A stretch of 64,000 bases of DNA from Octopus sinensis (lineage: Eukaryota). This document shows, in pieces, positions 12,419-28,340 of the stretch; the first letter of the stretch is position 1, and each line of letters begins with the position of its first letter. Below the pieces are notes generated by a model, which ran no database searches, was not told the origin of the DNA, and saw nothing but the letters and a program-made list of their open reading frames with translations. Location: contig NC_043004.1 of assembly GCF_006345805.1 (NCBI RefSeq), positions 82,398,001-82,462,000 on the forward strand, given 5' to 3'. A program made the position numbers and the translations under genes.

Positions 12419-13029
12419 CGCAGGCGTGGCTGTGTGGTGAGTAGCTTGCTTACCAACCACATGATTCCGGGTCAGTCGCACTGCGTGGCACCTTGGACAA
12501 GAGTCTTTTATTATAGCCTCGCATTGACCAAAGCCTTGTGAGTAGGCTTGGTAGACGGAAACTGAAAGAAGCCCGTCTTTTATAGAAATATACATAAAAA
12601 AGAATATAAGAATGTATGGAGATGAATATATGCATATCTTAAAACAGGTGTATATATATGTGTGAAGAAGTGTATGCGTTGTGTATTTTTATTGAAGTAT
12701 CTGTGTATTTGTGAATACGAATCGAATTTAGGTGTGCATTTGTGCATTTGTGTCTATTTGTGTACATTTGTGTGCAAGCGTGTGATTGCGCAGTTGTGTG
12801 CATTTGTCTATTCTCAACACAGATATAAAATAATCTACGTATTTGGACATTTCTAAACATAGTCAAGAATCACAAGTTCCATGACTCTGCCACATTCTAA
12901 TGAAATACGAAAACGTTATTAACTGCATAAAGAAATGAATTCTACCGAAAGGATTCCCATAATTGTTTCCAGATGTTTATAAGTTATCGCAATTAATTAT
13001 TGCTATTTTCGTTGCTATTATCTCTTTGG

Positions 13030-13653
13030 AAAGCAGCGAACTGGCAGAATCACTAGCACGCCGGACAAGATGCTTAGCGGCATTTCATCGTTCTTAAGTT
13101 CTGTGTTCTTACAAACTCAGTCACGAAAACACCCACTCATAAATATATATACATATATAATTACGACGGGCTTCTTTCAGTTTCCGTCAAACAAATCCAC
13201 TAACAAAGCTTTAGTCAACCCGATGCTATAGCAGAAGACACTTGCTGACGGTTTCCACGCAGTGAAACTGAACCCGAGGCCATGCGGTTGGGATGCGAGC
13301 TTCTTAGCACAAAGCCACGCCTACGCCTGTAATACCGAGATTCTCTGAATCATACGGCAAAAATTTTTTTTACTGTGGCCTACTACGAGAAATATTGATT
13401 TCAAATTTTGGCATAAAGCCATCAATTTCGGAGAGGGGCGTAAGTCGATTATAGCGAACCCAGTATCCAACTGGCACATTTTTTATCGGTCCCAAATTGA
13501 TGAAAGGCAAAGTCGACATCGGTGACATTTGAACGCAGAACGGGAAGACGTTCGAAATGCCGCCAAGCAATTTGGCCGGCGTGTTAAGGATACTGACAGA
13601 TCACCGCCTTACAACACAACACACCACCACCACCACCACCAACAACAACAACA

Positions 13654-13690
<37 letters not shown>

Positions 13691-13830
13691 TACTACTACT
13701 ACTAAAACTAATAATAATAATAATAATAATAATAATTCTTTGTAAAATAGGCACATGGTCTGAAATTTTGAGAGAGGAAGCGACCTTAATGAGTAACTAG
13801 TACATCTTTTCAGCGACCCCGAAATACCCG
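13030..13830. mobile_element. SINE A and SINE B fragments with (CAA/CTA/TAA)n
   Basis: SINE A head 13030-13105 (+), SINE B 13100-13330 (-), SINE A 13370-13610 (-), SINE A tail 13740-13830 (-). Confidence 0.75.
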
Positions 13831-13887
13831 TATGTATATGTAGATCTAACCGATCTATGTACACGCACACGCCAAAAGAAGCTTATC

Positions 13888-13968
<81 letters not shown>

Positions 13969-14108
13969 TATACATACAGGTGAGCACATAAGTGCAAAAC
14001 TAAGTGGAAAAGATAGTACTCGAATACCAAATGTAGAGTAATATGCTTTGTTAAGTTGCAAAATTATTACAAAACTGTTACTCAGAGTTTCACGCTCTCA
14101 TTTGTCGG

Positions 14109-14189
<81 letters not shown>

Positions 14190-14190
<1 letters not shown>

Positions 14191-14373
14191 TGCACGCATA
14201 TTTTTTTTCTCTCCTTCTTTCTGTGTTTTTTTTTCTCTGTGTATCTTCTGTTGAAGAGCGTAGGCTCGAAACGTTGAAGACTTGTTTTATTTATATTTCC
14301 TGAGCGCCATACTAATACAATTGTTTGTTTGTTTTCCACCTGCCTTCGTCTTTTGTCTATTTTCATAAAGCTT

Positions 14374-14378
<5 letters not shown>
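14190..14378 (+). mobile_element. ~190-bp element between (TA)n tracts carrying a hammerhead-like fold (A6U variant)
   Basis: CTGTTGA-A-GAGC(GTAG)GCTC-GAAA-CGTT at 14248-14275; stem I is imperfect in this copy; a related motif lies at 28216-28250. Confidence 0.6.
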
Positions 14379-14418
<40 letters not shown>

Positions 14419-14504
14419 TGGATTGATAGATAGAGACACTCAGATAGATATACATCTATCTATCTATCTATCTATCTATTTATCTATCTGTATGTATATG
14501 TATC

Positions 14505-14611
<107 letters not shown>

Positions 14612-15126
14612 CATATAACTATGTATGTTTATATGTGTGTGTGTGAATACACACGCACATATATGCTCACAAACTTACAAGTACACCGGGCGAAAACAGA
14701 ATATCAAAGCCAAACTGAAGTAAAAGCGACTTAACCGAATTTTACAAGTGAAATATATAACACTGCAAGAATCATGACGTCCAAAACAGAGCCTGAAGCA
14801 TTAAATTATGTTCGGTTCAAATGAAGAAATTCCAATAAAATTCCTCAGGTAACCCTTAGAGTTTTCTTCTTTCGATTTTCTCTTGATTTATATTTTAAAG
14901 TAAAGAATTCAGTATCCTGTTGTCGAGGACCCCCAGAGACATAAATCGGGCGGGATATATAATAATGGAGTTCTATTGATTAATATTTCGAAAGTCACTG
15001 AGATTCAAACTGTGCTTTCAGTAATTACCTTTGTTAGTTATGCAAATATTTTAATGATCCCAGCGGAATCAATACAGTTTGATATATCGCTGTGACTTAG
15101 TATACACGGCATCATTACAACATCAA

Positions 15127-15186
<60 letters not shown>

Positions 15187-15263
15187 TACTACTACCACCA
15201 CTACTACCACCACCACCACTACTACTACTACTACTATTATTCTCATCATCATCATCATCATTA

Positions 15264-15300
<37 letters not shown>

Positions 15301-15363
15301 TATTATTTTATTATTATTATTACTATTATTATTATTATTAATATTATTATTATTATTATTATT

Positions 15364-15611
15364 CAGTAGTTTTATTTTTATAGCGTGCTTTCACTTCACT
15401 ACCGAGCGCAGCTCTGTGTGCCTTGGGTATGTGCTGTGATTTGTTGTGTTCCTCTGATGGTTATTGTATGGAAAGTGTTCTGCGTAGGATGTGTGCAGTG
15501 CCTAGTAGTGCAATTTTCTGTATGTTATATGTGTTTGTAAGTCCTGGTGTTTTTGTTATGTATTTGTCTGAATATTTTTTATCATGCCTAATGCACCTAC
15601 TATGATAGGAA

Positions 15612-15612
<1 letters not shown>
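15364..15612 (-). mobile_element. 5'-truncated 3' end of the R4/Dong-like element, flanked by (TTA)n
   Basis: Near-identical to 16978-17227; TAA-type microsatellite on both sides. Confidence 0.92.
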
Positions 15613-15688
<76 letters not shown>

Positions 15689-15689
15689 C

Positions 15690-16510
15690 AAGGATGAAAG
15701 GATGAAAGGCAAAGTCGATCCCAGCGGAATTTGAACTCAGAACGTGCAGGCGGACGAAACGCCGCCAAACGTTTTGTGCGGCGTGCTAACGCTTCTGCCA
15801 GCTCACCGACTAAGACCGCCATAGCAAGAATGTAAAGAGAGAAGTATGTTGCCTCGATATATTTTGTTAAAAAACATTGCTGCGAACTTCAGTAAGCTTT
15901 TATTTGTTGCTTTTCTATGAACAAAGAAGTTTTGCAAAAATGGATTACTTTTTCCACACATTTTTCTTAATATTTTTTCGTGATAATATATGATCTATAG
16001 AAATATATAACGATTTTAATTTTATGGTTATATATTATTTTTGAAAATGAACATTTTGCAATCCTTATTTGATTTTCTTTCTTTTTTTTTATTTAGTAAA
16101 AATCTATTTATCTTAATCAATTTCCTACATTTAAACATGATATTTCTCTCTTTGAAATTTATTTTCCCTGTTTTTTTTTTAAGTATATTCATTCTTTCAT
16201 TCATGAAAGATGGCTACATCGCATAAGAATATAAATTTGAAGTAAAGAAAAAACAGAAGATGGAGAATAGTTTAAGGACTACCGCTATATAAAATATCGG
16301 TTTAAATCTTGGCTCTAGGGAAATGATTTCGTAAGAGGGTTTGGGTCTATTATATTGACCCCAGTGTTCAATCGGTGCTTAATTTATCGACCCCCCCCCC
16401 GGGAAAAAGAAAGGTAAAGACGACTCCCGTGAAATTTGAAGTCAGAACGCAAAGCCTGGCGAAATGTCAAGAGCATTTACCCAAGAGCGGTTACGATTCT
16501 ACCAGCTCGC
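15690..16510 (-). mobile_element. Two SINE family A copies (15690-15808, 16300-16510)
   Basis: GAAAGGCAAAGTCGATCCCAGCGGAATTTGAACTCAGAACG and a degenerate equivalent. Confidence 0.75.
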
Positions 16511-16773
16511 TGCTTTACGCTCAAACTCAATGTTACAAGCTTTACTTACTATTCGTAATTTTCAAATAATCTTATCTATGAAAAGAATTTGCGTATGTGT
16601 GTGTGCGCGCATAAGTGTGCTTGCGTGCGTGTGCACGTGTGTGTGTGTGCGCAAGCGCGCGTGTAGACGTACATTTAAGGAGTTTGTTAGTGTATGGCGT
16701 CTTGGAAAAAGGATGAACGTCGTTCTCTAAATTCCTGACTTGACCCTTAAATTGTTGTAGGGAAACGGAAATT

Positions 16774-16917
16774 TACATTTTTTACATTCAACGGATATTT
16801 GTCCTCATCATGTTTGTTGTTAACACAACGTTTCGGCTGATATACCCTCCAGCCTTCATCAGGTGTCTTGGGGAAATTTCGAACCTGGGTTCTCATTCCT
16901 AAGGTATTTTACGATGT
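16774..16917 (-). mobile_element. Short hammerhead-bearing element anchored on a (TAA)n tract
   Basis: Begins directly after (AAT)n on the minus strand and contains the canonical hammerhead at 16822-16867. Penelope origin is inferred. Confidence 0.7.
16822..16867 (-). ncRNA. Minimal type I hammerhead ribozyme, canonical core
   Basis: Minus strand GACAC-CTGATGA-A-GGCTG(GAGGGTATAT)CAGCC-GAAA-CGTT-GTGTT: 5-bp stem I (one G-U), 5-bp stem II, palindromic ACGU stem III. Confidence 0.85.
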
Positions 16918-16937
16918 TATTATTATTATTATTATTA

Positions 16938-16977
<40 letters not shown>

Positions 16978-16980
<3 letters not shown>

Positions 16981-19900
16981 TAGTTTTATTTTTATAGCGT
17001 GCTTTTACTTCACTACCGAGCGCAGCTCTGTGTGCCTTGGGTATGTGCTGTGATTTGTTGTGATGCTCTGATGGTTATTGTATGGAAAGTGTTCTACGTA
17101 GGATGTGTGCAGTGCCTAGTAGTGCAATTTTCTGTATGTTATATGTGTTTGTAAGTCCTGGTGTTTTTGTTATGTATTTGTCTGAATATTTTTTATCATG
17201 CCTAATGCACCTACTATGATAGGAATTGTTTCTGTTTTTAGATTCCATTCTGGTTACCTCTATTTCCAGGTCTTTGTATTTTGAGAGTTTCTCCATTTCT
17301 TTTAGAGAAACGTTGTCATCTGCTGGTATTGATACATCAATTAGAAAGCATTTTTTCTTCATGATCTCTGGCAACTATATCTGGTCTGTTGGCCTTAATT
17401 TCTCTATCTGTGTGTATCGGCATATCCCAGAGTATGGTTGCTTTCTCGTTTTCTGTGACCTTTTCTGGTGTGTGCCTATACCATCTTTTTTCTGTGGTTA
17501 TTCCATAATGTTGGCATAGCTTCCAATGTATGTAGGTTCCAACTCTGACATGTCTGTGAATATATTCCTTCTTAGCCAGGACTGGGCAGCCAGAGATAAT
17601 ATGATTTATTGTTTCTTGTCCATCTCCACATATTCTGCAGTTACTTGTTATATTTCTTTTCATTACATGTTTTTGGTAATTTCTGGTGGGGAGGGTTTGG
17701 TCTTGTGCTGCAATTAAAAATCCCTTTGTCTCTGCTTTGAGTCCTGAGCTTCTCAACCATTGCTGGGATTATTCTTTGTCTATTTCTATTGCATTTAGTT
17801 TAGTCCAGTATTTGCCATGAAGGGGCTTTTCTTGCTATCGTTTTATCATGGTTCGTTGCTGTTCTATTTTTAGTTTGGATTTCATTTGCTTTATAGCTTT
17901 TGTTGTTTCTTCATCTTCTTCTTCTTCTTCATATTTATTAGGTGGTATGATTTCTTGTTTGTATTTGTCAGCTTCCTTAAATACTGAGAGCAGTTTTTTG
18001 TTTTGATCGTGTTTTGCTGCTATCTGGATCAGTTTCCCTTCCTTCTGAAGTAGGTATTTTTGCAGTCCTATGGTGGTTATTTTATAGTAGTTTTCCAGCT
18101 GTATAACGCCTCTACCACCTTCTATAAGTTGTATATATAGTCTTTCTATGTCAGATTTTGGGTGATGCATCCTAGATCCTGTCATTATTTTTCTTGTTTT
18201 CCTATCTATTTTGGTCAGTTCATTTAGTGTCCAGTTAAAGATATTGTAGCTGTAACTTATAACTGGGACAGCTAAAGTGTTAATACCTATTATCTTGTTT
18301 TTAGCATTGAGCTCTGATTTTAGTATTGATCTAACTCGTCTATAATATTCTTTTTTTATTTTCTCCTTCATTTGTGTGTGTTGTGTCTTATCTAGTTCAT
18401 GGATTCCTAAGTATTTGTAAGTTTGGCTTTGGTCTAATACTTTTATTTCATTGGTTTTATCTAGTGTGAGGATACTACTCTTAACTAGTTTTCCTCTTTT
18501 CAGGGTTACTTTGGCGCATTTTTCTAATCCAAATTTCATATCTATTTCTTTAGTAAATCCATGAACTGCCTGTAGTAGTGTTTCCAGCTGTTTGTCATTT
18601 GCAGCGTATAGTTTTAGGTCATCCATATATAAAAGGTGGCTGATCGTTTTGCCGTAACATTTATATCCACAACTAGTTCTATTTAGCATATCAGATAGAG
18701 GTGACAGTGCCAAGCAGAAAAGGAGTGGAGAGAGCGTGTCTCCCTGGAATGTTCCTCTTCTAATGGGGATGGCTTTGGTTTTCATGAGTCCCTCTTTTGT
18801 TTGGAGCTGTAGCACTGTTTGCCATTTATTCATAGAGTGCCCTATGAATTTTATAATTGTTGGTGCTACTTTGTTAATGGCTAGTATTTCGAGGATCCAT
18901 GTGTGGGGGATGCTATCAAACGCCTTTTTGTAGTCGATCCAGGCCATACTGAGGCTTTTCTTCTTTCTGTGGCTGTCTTCATTTAGGCTGTATTAATCAT
19001 TAGTTCATATTTACAGCCATATGAGCCATTGCGGCATCCTTTTTGCTCTTCTGGAAACAGGTTGTTTTCGTCCAGGTGCTTGTTCAACCTTTGCGATATC
19101 ACTGCAGTAAATACCTTGTACATTGTAGGGAGACATGTTATTGGTCTGTAGTTTTATGGTTTTGCTGTCTCATTTGATTTGGGAATTAAGATGGTTTTCC
19201 CTTTCGTGAGCCATTCAGGCATTGTCTCTGGCTCTGCTAGTATGTTGTTAAAGTTTTCAGCCAGCTTTTTGTGCATTCCGGTTAGATATTTCAACCAGAA
19301 GTTGGGGATCTTGTCATGCCCATGTGCCTTCCAGTTGCTTAGTCTTTGCAATGCCTGGGTGACCTCTTCAGTTGTTATGGGGGTCCAAAGTTGCTCAGAT
19401 GCTGAGTTTGTTGTTTCGATACATCTTTTTGGGGGTTGTTCGTTCGCCGACCATATTTCTCTCCAGAATTCTTCCACTTCTTCTGCCGTTGGTGCTGCAG
19501 TGATTTCTATTTTATTTTTGCCAAGTTCTTGGTAGAACTTTTTGGGGTTGGAGTTGAACTGTTTGTTTTGTTCAAAGAAGCGTTGGCGTTTCTCGTACCG
19601 GCGGATCCTTTGTGCTTTGGCAAGGATATCTTGCTTCAGCTTTTCTTTTATCTCAGGTAAATCTTTTTCTGTGATGGTATATTTGCGGAGTATTTTTGTT
19701 TTCTTTTTGTTGCTCAGTAGCGTTGATTGTCTACTGATTTCATTAAGAATCGAGAGATCTTTTCTCATTTTTTGTATTTTGTTTTGGATGTTATTTATCC
19801 ACAGGGTTTGTTAGGGTGGTGGTACTCCTGTTTGGATGGGTTTGAGTGAGTACCCAGCTTCTTTTAGTCCAGTATTTGCCATGAAGGGGCTTTTCTTGCC

Positions 19901-21070
19901 ATCAGTGGTATCGCATTTTGATTCAGTGGCTATTAGTTCCGTGACGGCTAGGTTTATGCTGTTTATAATTGATGTTGTTGTTTCGTCTATTTTGATTTTT
20001 GGGAGGTATGGTCGGTGGTACATTTTGAGCTCTGTTAGTTTTCAGTTCTTTGATTAGTTTACTTTTTATATTATCATAATTATTAGGCTCTCCTTCGTTG
20101 TTTCCAGGTTTTAGCTTTGTGTCATTTTCTATCTTATTTATATGTTTGTTTGCCGTGTTTTGTCTTGCTGTTTGTCGTGTATTATTATGCATCCTTACGG
20201 TCTGGGTTTGTTGTTTTTTGTTTACATCGTGTTTGTTGGGAATGTTACGCTTGTCTTCGTGTTTTACTGTTTCAGTGTTTATATTATTGGGCATTGTTGT
20301 GTGGCTTCTATCTACATTTTCCTGGTGTATTTTTTCTTTTAGATGTTCTATTTCTATTTCTGATATTTTTTTTGTGTTGAGAATGTATCTTCGTACGTTA
20401 GCTAATTTGTTAGGGTTCATTGCTGTATCCAAGTCTATATCTCTATTATTTTCCTTCCATATTTTATATGTATGTGTTGTTGTGTTTTCATTTTTTGGGT
20501 AGAGTACTGCTGTGAAGTATGCGTGTAGGATAGAAATGTATTCCTCACGTGTCCATTTATGTCTCTTGGGTTTTATTTCTGGGACATGAGGAACAACGTC
20601 CGGCCCATTATTTTGACGCTCATCATTTTCCTAGGGTACCAGTCCGTTCATTTCTGTTGTCACATTGTTTTGCACGTGTAGTTTTTCGTACATTCTGTAT
20701 TGTTAGTTTAAAGTACGTACCTCCCGATTGTTATTCTTGGGTTGAATAATATCGGTGGTATTTAATTTCTTCGTAGTTCCTTTGTACATGGTCTTTGGGG
20801 TCGGGGATGATCTGGTGTTGATGGATCGTAATGCATCACGCATGTTTACACGTGTTGTGTTAGAGGTGGAGATGATATCGAGTCAAAATACATCATTTCG
20901 TTTCGAAAATAGTAATAAATTTCAATTAGTATTACTTACTCGGATACAGTCCAATCCTTTGCTAGTAAATCTTTGGCTTCATACGATGTCCTTGTTTTCG
21001 ATGTTTGTGGATAGATTTCGGAGCTCTGTTTTATCCTTCTTACATCTTAAACGTCCCCCGGTGTTCTCTT
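16978..21070 (-). mobile_element. Near full-length R4-clade (Dong-like) non-LTR retrotransposon in (TAA)n
   Basis: One ORF split by frameshifts: N-terminal KWTREEY Myb-like motif (~20570), RT (WIDYKKAFDSIPH, GTFQGDTLSPLLF, YMDD), CCHC knuckle CRICGDGQETINHIISGC, and RLE motifs RPDIV...IDVSIP...EKLSKYKDL. (TTA)n lies at both ends (16916-16977, 21071-21085). Confidence 0.95.
17075..20843 (-). pseudogene. R4-clade RT/RLE polyprotein, frameshifted (as assembled)
   Basis: ORF-track pieces 19923-20432, 19811-20023, 19154-19768, 17835-18947, 17337-17756 and 17075-17374 are collinear domains of one protein; the start position is approximate. Confidence 0.85.
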
Positions 21071-21269
21071 ATTATTATTATTATTTCTTTATATATATAT
21101 ACATATAACAAAACTGTCCGACAAACGGGAACGTGAAACTCCGAGTAACAGCATTTGCTAAATTTCTGCTGCTTTTAGATAAAGTATGTATGTATATATA
21201 TGTGTACACACACACACACATATATATATATATATGTATATATACATACATGCACCGCCACATACATAT

Positions 21270-21484
21270 ATTTCTTTATTTCCCACAGGGGGCAAAACAC
21301 AGAGGGGACAAATAGAGGGATTAAGTCAGATTACATCGACCCCAGTGCGTAACTGGTAGTTATTTAATCGACCCCGAAAGGACGAAAGGCAAAGTCGACT
21401 TCAGCGGAATTTGAACTCAGAACGTAACGGCAGACGAAATACCGCTGAGCATTTCGCCCGGCGTGCTAACGTTTCTGCCAGCTC
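21270..21484 (-). mobile_element. SINE family A, type-2 tail subfamily
   Basis: TTTCTTTATTTCCCACAGGGGGCAAAACACAGAGGGGACAAA...GGCGTGCTAACGTTTCTGCCAGCTC. Confidence 0.85.
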
Positions 21485-21700
21485 CACATTCGTATATATG
21501 CCCAAATATGTGTATTTTTGTTTGTTATGTAGGTGTGTCTGTTTTATATGAAAATGCATGTACATATGCATATATATCTACCTATATATACATATATATG
21601 TGTATATACATGTATGCATGTATGTATGTATGTATGCATGTATGTATGTATGTATGTATGTATGTATGTATGTATGTATGTATGTATGTATGTATGTATG

Positions 21701-21734
<34 letters not shown>

Positions 21735-21950
21735 TGGTTGTGTGTATGTATGTGTGCATGTATGTAGGTATCGGACCGATTTTTTATTTATTGTTACGTT
21801 ACAGAAAAGAAAAAATTCTAGAATCTGATCTATGCATGCGAATTAATTTTCAAAAATTTCTACAGAATAAATGAAATATACACCTCAAAGCAAGACTCCA
21901 CTCCATGGTTCCCAATGAGGCTTCGAAATATACATGCAGATCATTGAATT

Positions 21951-23990
<2,040 letters not shown>

Positions 23991-24339
23991 GCAATCTATT
24001 TGTCGCACATTTGCCTACTTACATTATTTCTTGAAATTAAAAGAAAAAATGTCCTGGAAAAAATGCAAATTATAAATTATATTTAGTCTCTTGCGACAAA
24101 TACTATCTCTTTCTTTACAGAATATATTTCTTTCTGTCTGCTTTTGGAAAATTTTTTGATAAATTCTAGAAACTTTTTTTAAGTAAGACGAGAATAAGTT
24201 AACCAAGTTATATAAAGTTAAATAGATTTTTGAAAAACAACCTCTATCTGAATTTTTTAATTGGTTAATTCCATCATTAATCTGATTAGAATTGGAAATC
24301 TAATTAAATAATTGCGTTGCGTGCGAGTATTTTACTCTT

Positions 24340-24537
24340 TAACTCTTTTACTTCTTTCAGTCATTTGAATGTGGCCATGCTAGAGCACCACCTCTAGTCG
24401 AGCAAATCGACCCCAGGACTTATTCTTTGTAAGCCTAGTACTTTTGCAGAACTGCTAAGTTACGGAGACGTAAACACACCAGCATTGGGGGATGCTGGGG
24501 GACAAACACAGACCCACAAACATACGCACACACACAC

Positions 24538-24608
<71 letters not shown>

Positions 24609-24780
24609 CATATACACGACGGGCTTCTTTCAGTTTCCGTCTACCAAATCCACTCACAAGGCTTTGGTCGGCCCGAGGCTATAGTAGAAGACACTTGCCC
24701 AAGGTACCACGCAGTGGGACTGAACCCAGAACCATGTGGTTGGTAAGCAAGCTGCTTACCACACAGCCGCTCCTACGCCT
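24340..24780 (-). mobile_element. Full-length SINE family B with internal (CA)n(TA)n
   Basis: Tail CTCTTTTACTTCTTTCAGTCATTTGAATGTGGCCATGCTAGAGCACC and head ending CACAGCCGCTCCTACGCC. Confidence 0.9.
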
Positions 24781-26289
24781 ATTAATAAGTTTTTACTCAT
24801 ACATATTCTGGATCATTGCCTAGTGATCCTCTGCGTCTATCGGCCCCATTCCTTGTTAGAGTAGTGCTGCTTCTAAAAGTACTGCATTTCGAAGTAACGA
24901 TATTCTTTTGGAACCCGGATGGCACATTGTTGCGACTCGACATACATCGCAATGAAAGCTGTATTTTTAGTCTAACGCGTTGTATTCTTTGGCTGAACCT
25001 GGGTGGCTAGATACTTTGGTGTGTGTAGAAACATATTTGCTAACAAGCACTCATTTGTCTTTGCAGGAAATATGAATGGCATGTTACGTGCACGCTGGGA
25101 TTGCATGAAGTTACAAATAAAAATATGGTTGTCTGTTAGTTTTTAAATGAATATTCAGAACGTACAAATTAAAAAAATGAATAAACGGCATCTTTATTCC
25201 AGATCGTACAAACGGGAATGTCTTTGAAATCAACATATAAAAATATAACAGGATATCCACGTATTTGAGTAGCTGATTATTAAGTCAAAGAGTTCTATTT
25301 TATAGTATGACTTTTGTTCCCGCCCCTTGTACGTTGATTATCTCCATTTTCTGATGTATATATTTGCATAATTTTTCTATTTTTTTCAAAGTGATATTAC
25401 TATAATTTTCCATTACTTTCAAAATTATATTAATAAAGTTGTATTACCAAATACAGCAATTAGTAAACACTGCTTGAACTTGAGGTGCTTCACGGCCATA
25501 TCTAGCATACCAGTCTTTATATCACTATCCGTATCTATGAGCATATCTCATGTTATGGCAGTTTTGTGATTTTCTGAAGCATTTACTGATGAATGCCTCT
25601 ACGAACACTTTTCAGTTATTTCATAATTGCCATGTTCGTGGGTGTAATTTTGGGGGCTAAAACTAGATAGCCAGAGTTAATGCAATTAAGCTTTTCTTCA
25701 TCAGTCCCTGCTCTTCTGTAGTTACCGCCTTCTATTTCATGAGACACCTTTGATGATTTCTGATTGTAAGGATTTAATGCTCTTTTGCAATTTAGAACTA
25801 TTTAGTCACCGCTTGCAGTTCTGCGCATCTCAGTCCCTTTTTTTTGGCTATCACAAACCTGTTTTGCTCTTTCAGTTAGTGGTCATGGAAGGGACTCTAT
25901 TGCCATCGCTTTATCATTCAGCAGAAAGCAAGTGAAATGCCTTTCTCCAAAATCGACGCTTAATTAAAGCCAAAAACGACTCTAAGCAACATCGAAAACA
26001 ATAAACCGCTGCGGTAACCATTATTGTTGTTAGGGCGATTTATGACCATAACAACACTGACTCATCAAATTTATGATCAATGGAGTTCTAACTGTTACTC
26101 CTCTGTGTTATAGCGTATCAGAGATTACATTGTTCAATGTATCATCATAACAACTATGTTATTTGAGGACGATATCCTTGCCATTTCTAGCAAGTTGAAC
26201 GATTGCATGAGGACATATACTCTAGCACTTTTAGAATAAAGATGCTGAATAACTTTGGACAGCGGATGCAATAATTCTAAACTATAAAT

Positions 26290-27170
26290 GGCAAAAACAT
26301 ATTAGTTTCAATTTTCACAAGGGATCAGCAATTGTGAGTGGAGGAAGGGTAATGGATATCATCGACCTCTCCAAGTACTTAACTGGTACTTTATTTGATC
26401 AACCCCGAAAGGATGAAAGGCAAACAGGCCTCTGTGGAATTTGAACTCTGAACAAATAAGGACGAAATGCCGAAAAGTATTTTTCCCGGGGTGGTAGTGA
26501 ATCTGCCTTAAATTGGTTTTAAATTTTTGGCACAAGGCCAGCGATTTCAGAGAAGGGATCTAGTTGAACTCATTGACCCCAGTGCACAACTGGTTCTGAT
26601 TTTATCGGCCCCCAAAAGAATGAAAGGCAAAATCGACTTCGGTGGAATTTGAACTCAGAACGTAAAGACGATCGACACATTGCTAAACATTTTGCCCGGC
26701 GTGCTAACGATTCTGCCAGTTCACTGCTTTAAATGGCCAAGAAATATTTGGTTCTGTTTTGTCGTAAGGCCAGCAACCGTGAAGGGAGAAAGGTGATTGA
26801 TTAATAACATAGACCCCCAGTTCTTAACAGGTACTTTATTTTATGGACCACGGAGGGATTAAAGGTACTGTTGAACCCGGTGGAAATTTGAGCTGAAAAA
26901 AAAGTATTAGGACGAAATGCCGAATGTATTAACAGCATACCTAAATCATATTTCTTTACTACCCACAAGGAGCTAAACACAGAGGGGACAAACAAGGACA
27001 GACAAACGGATTAAGTTGATTATATCGACCCCAGTGCGTAACTGGTACTTATTTAATCGACCCCGAAAGGATGAAAGGCAAAGTCGACCTCGGCGGAATT
27101 TGAACTCAGAACGCAACGGCAGACGAAATACGGCTGCGCATTTCGCCCGGCGTGCTAACCACTCTGCCAA
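26290..27170 (-). mobile_element. Array of four same-orientation SINE family A copies
   Basis: Copies at about 26290-26510, 26515-26728, 26745-26940 and a young type-2 copy at 26941-27170. Confidence 0.85.
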
Positions 27171-27800
27171 TCAAAAAGCGTGGCATATTTCCTTGTGAGT
27201 ACAAGTGCGAAATATGGTTTATAGCGCTTAAATATCATTGACAACTTCAATGTTTCCTTTAAAATTTATTTGGAATTATATTGATATACATCATTCGAAA
27301 AGCATCATTATTCGTTAAATAATATTTTCTGCTGACTTCTTTACACAAAGTCAAATATCTTTCAAATAATCGATGAATGTAATTCTTTTCTTTTGATATA
27401 ATCGATGGATGTGATCCCTTAATATTGATCCTTTATCTTTTGTTGATTCGGGATTTCTGAGAGAAATGCAAATTTAAATTGGAATAAAATAATGAAACAC
27501 TGTTGTCTGTGATGGGGTTAGTGGTGGATCTCCGTCGTTCCGCAACGAAGATTCAGTTCTTTTATAAGGCGAATAGCCAGGTGCTTAATCTACCTGTAAC
27601 TGGCCGAATATTCCACGGATAGGCTTTTCTTTAACGTAAATCTATGGCAGAATTAGCGCAACAAAGTTTAGCATTTGAATTCCAGGTGCAATCTAATAGG
27701 GAGATTCTGTACAGTTTCCATCTATGCAATTTCACCTAAATGATAGAGATAAATTCGAACCAACAGAAAATATTTGCCAAAGGTATCTATCTATCCATCC

Positions 27801-27879
<79 letters not shown>

Positions 27880-27881
27880 CG

Positions 27882-27933
<52 letters not shown>

Positions 27934-27942
27934 ATATATATA

Positions 27943-28340
27943 GTCAAATAAACGAACAAAAACGAAAAAAACAGAAAGACAACAAACGTGAGAAAGAACA
28001 TAAGAAGTGTAGTACCTTGACGCTCGGTGAAAGGAGAGAGTTTAACATTTCGAGCCATAGCTTTTCGTCGGAAAGGGGAAAAGGAAAAGTTCAAACAAGG
28101 AGAAGAAGAAGTCGCCAACAACCCACATATAGTTACATTGCTGAATATATTTATATATCTTTTATTTTTCCCTCTATTTTTTCTCTCTCTGCACCTGTTT
28201 TTCTCCCCTCGTTCCATTCTGTAGAAGAGCTTACGCTCGAAACATCAAATACTCTTCCATTTTTCGTGAATATCAAAGTAATACATCATTTTTGTTGTTC
28301 TCTCACCTGCTTCTGTCATTTATATTTTTGAGCAATATTG
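27943..28340. mobile_element. Two hammerhead-like short elements in opposite orientation after (TA)n
   Basis: Minus-strand fold TTT-CCGACGA-A-AAGC(TATG)GCTC-GAAA-TGTT-AAA at 28041-28074; plus-strand degenerate fold CTGTAGA-A-GAGC(TTAC)GCTC-GAAA at 28216-28250. Confidence 0.6.

Noticed and set aside
20950-21070. HDV-like ribozyme at the 5' end of the R4 element
   Set aside because: Expected by analogy with some R2/R4 elements, but the nested double pseudoknot could not be built by eye; it needs a descriptor search.
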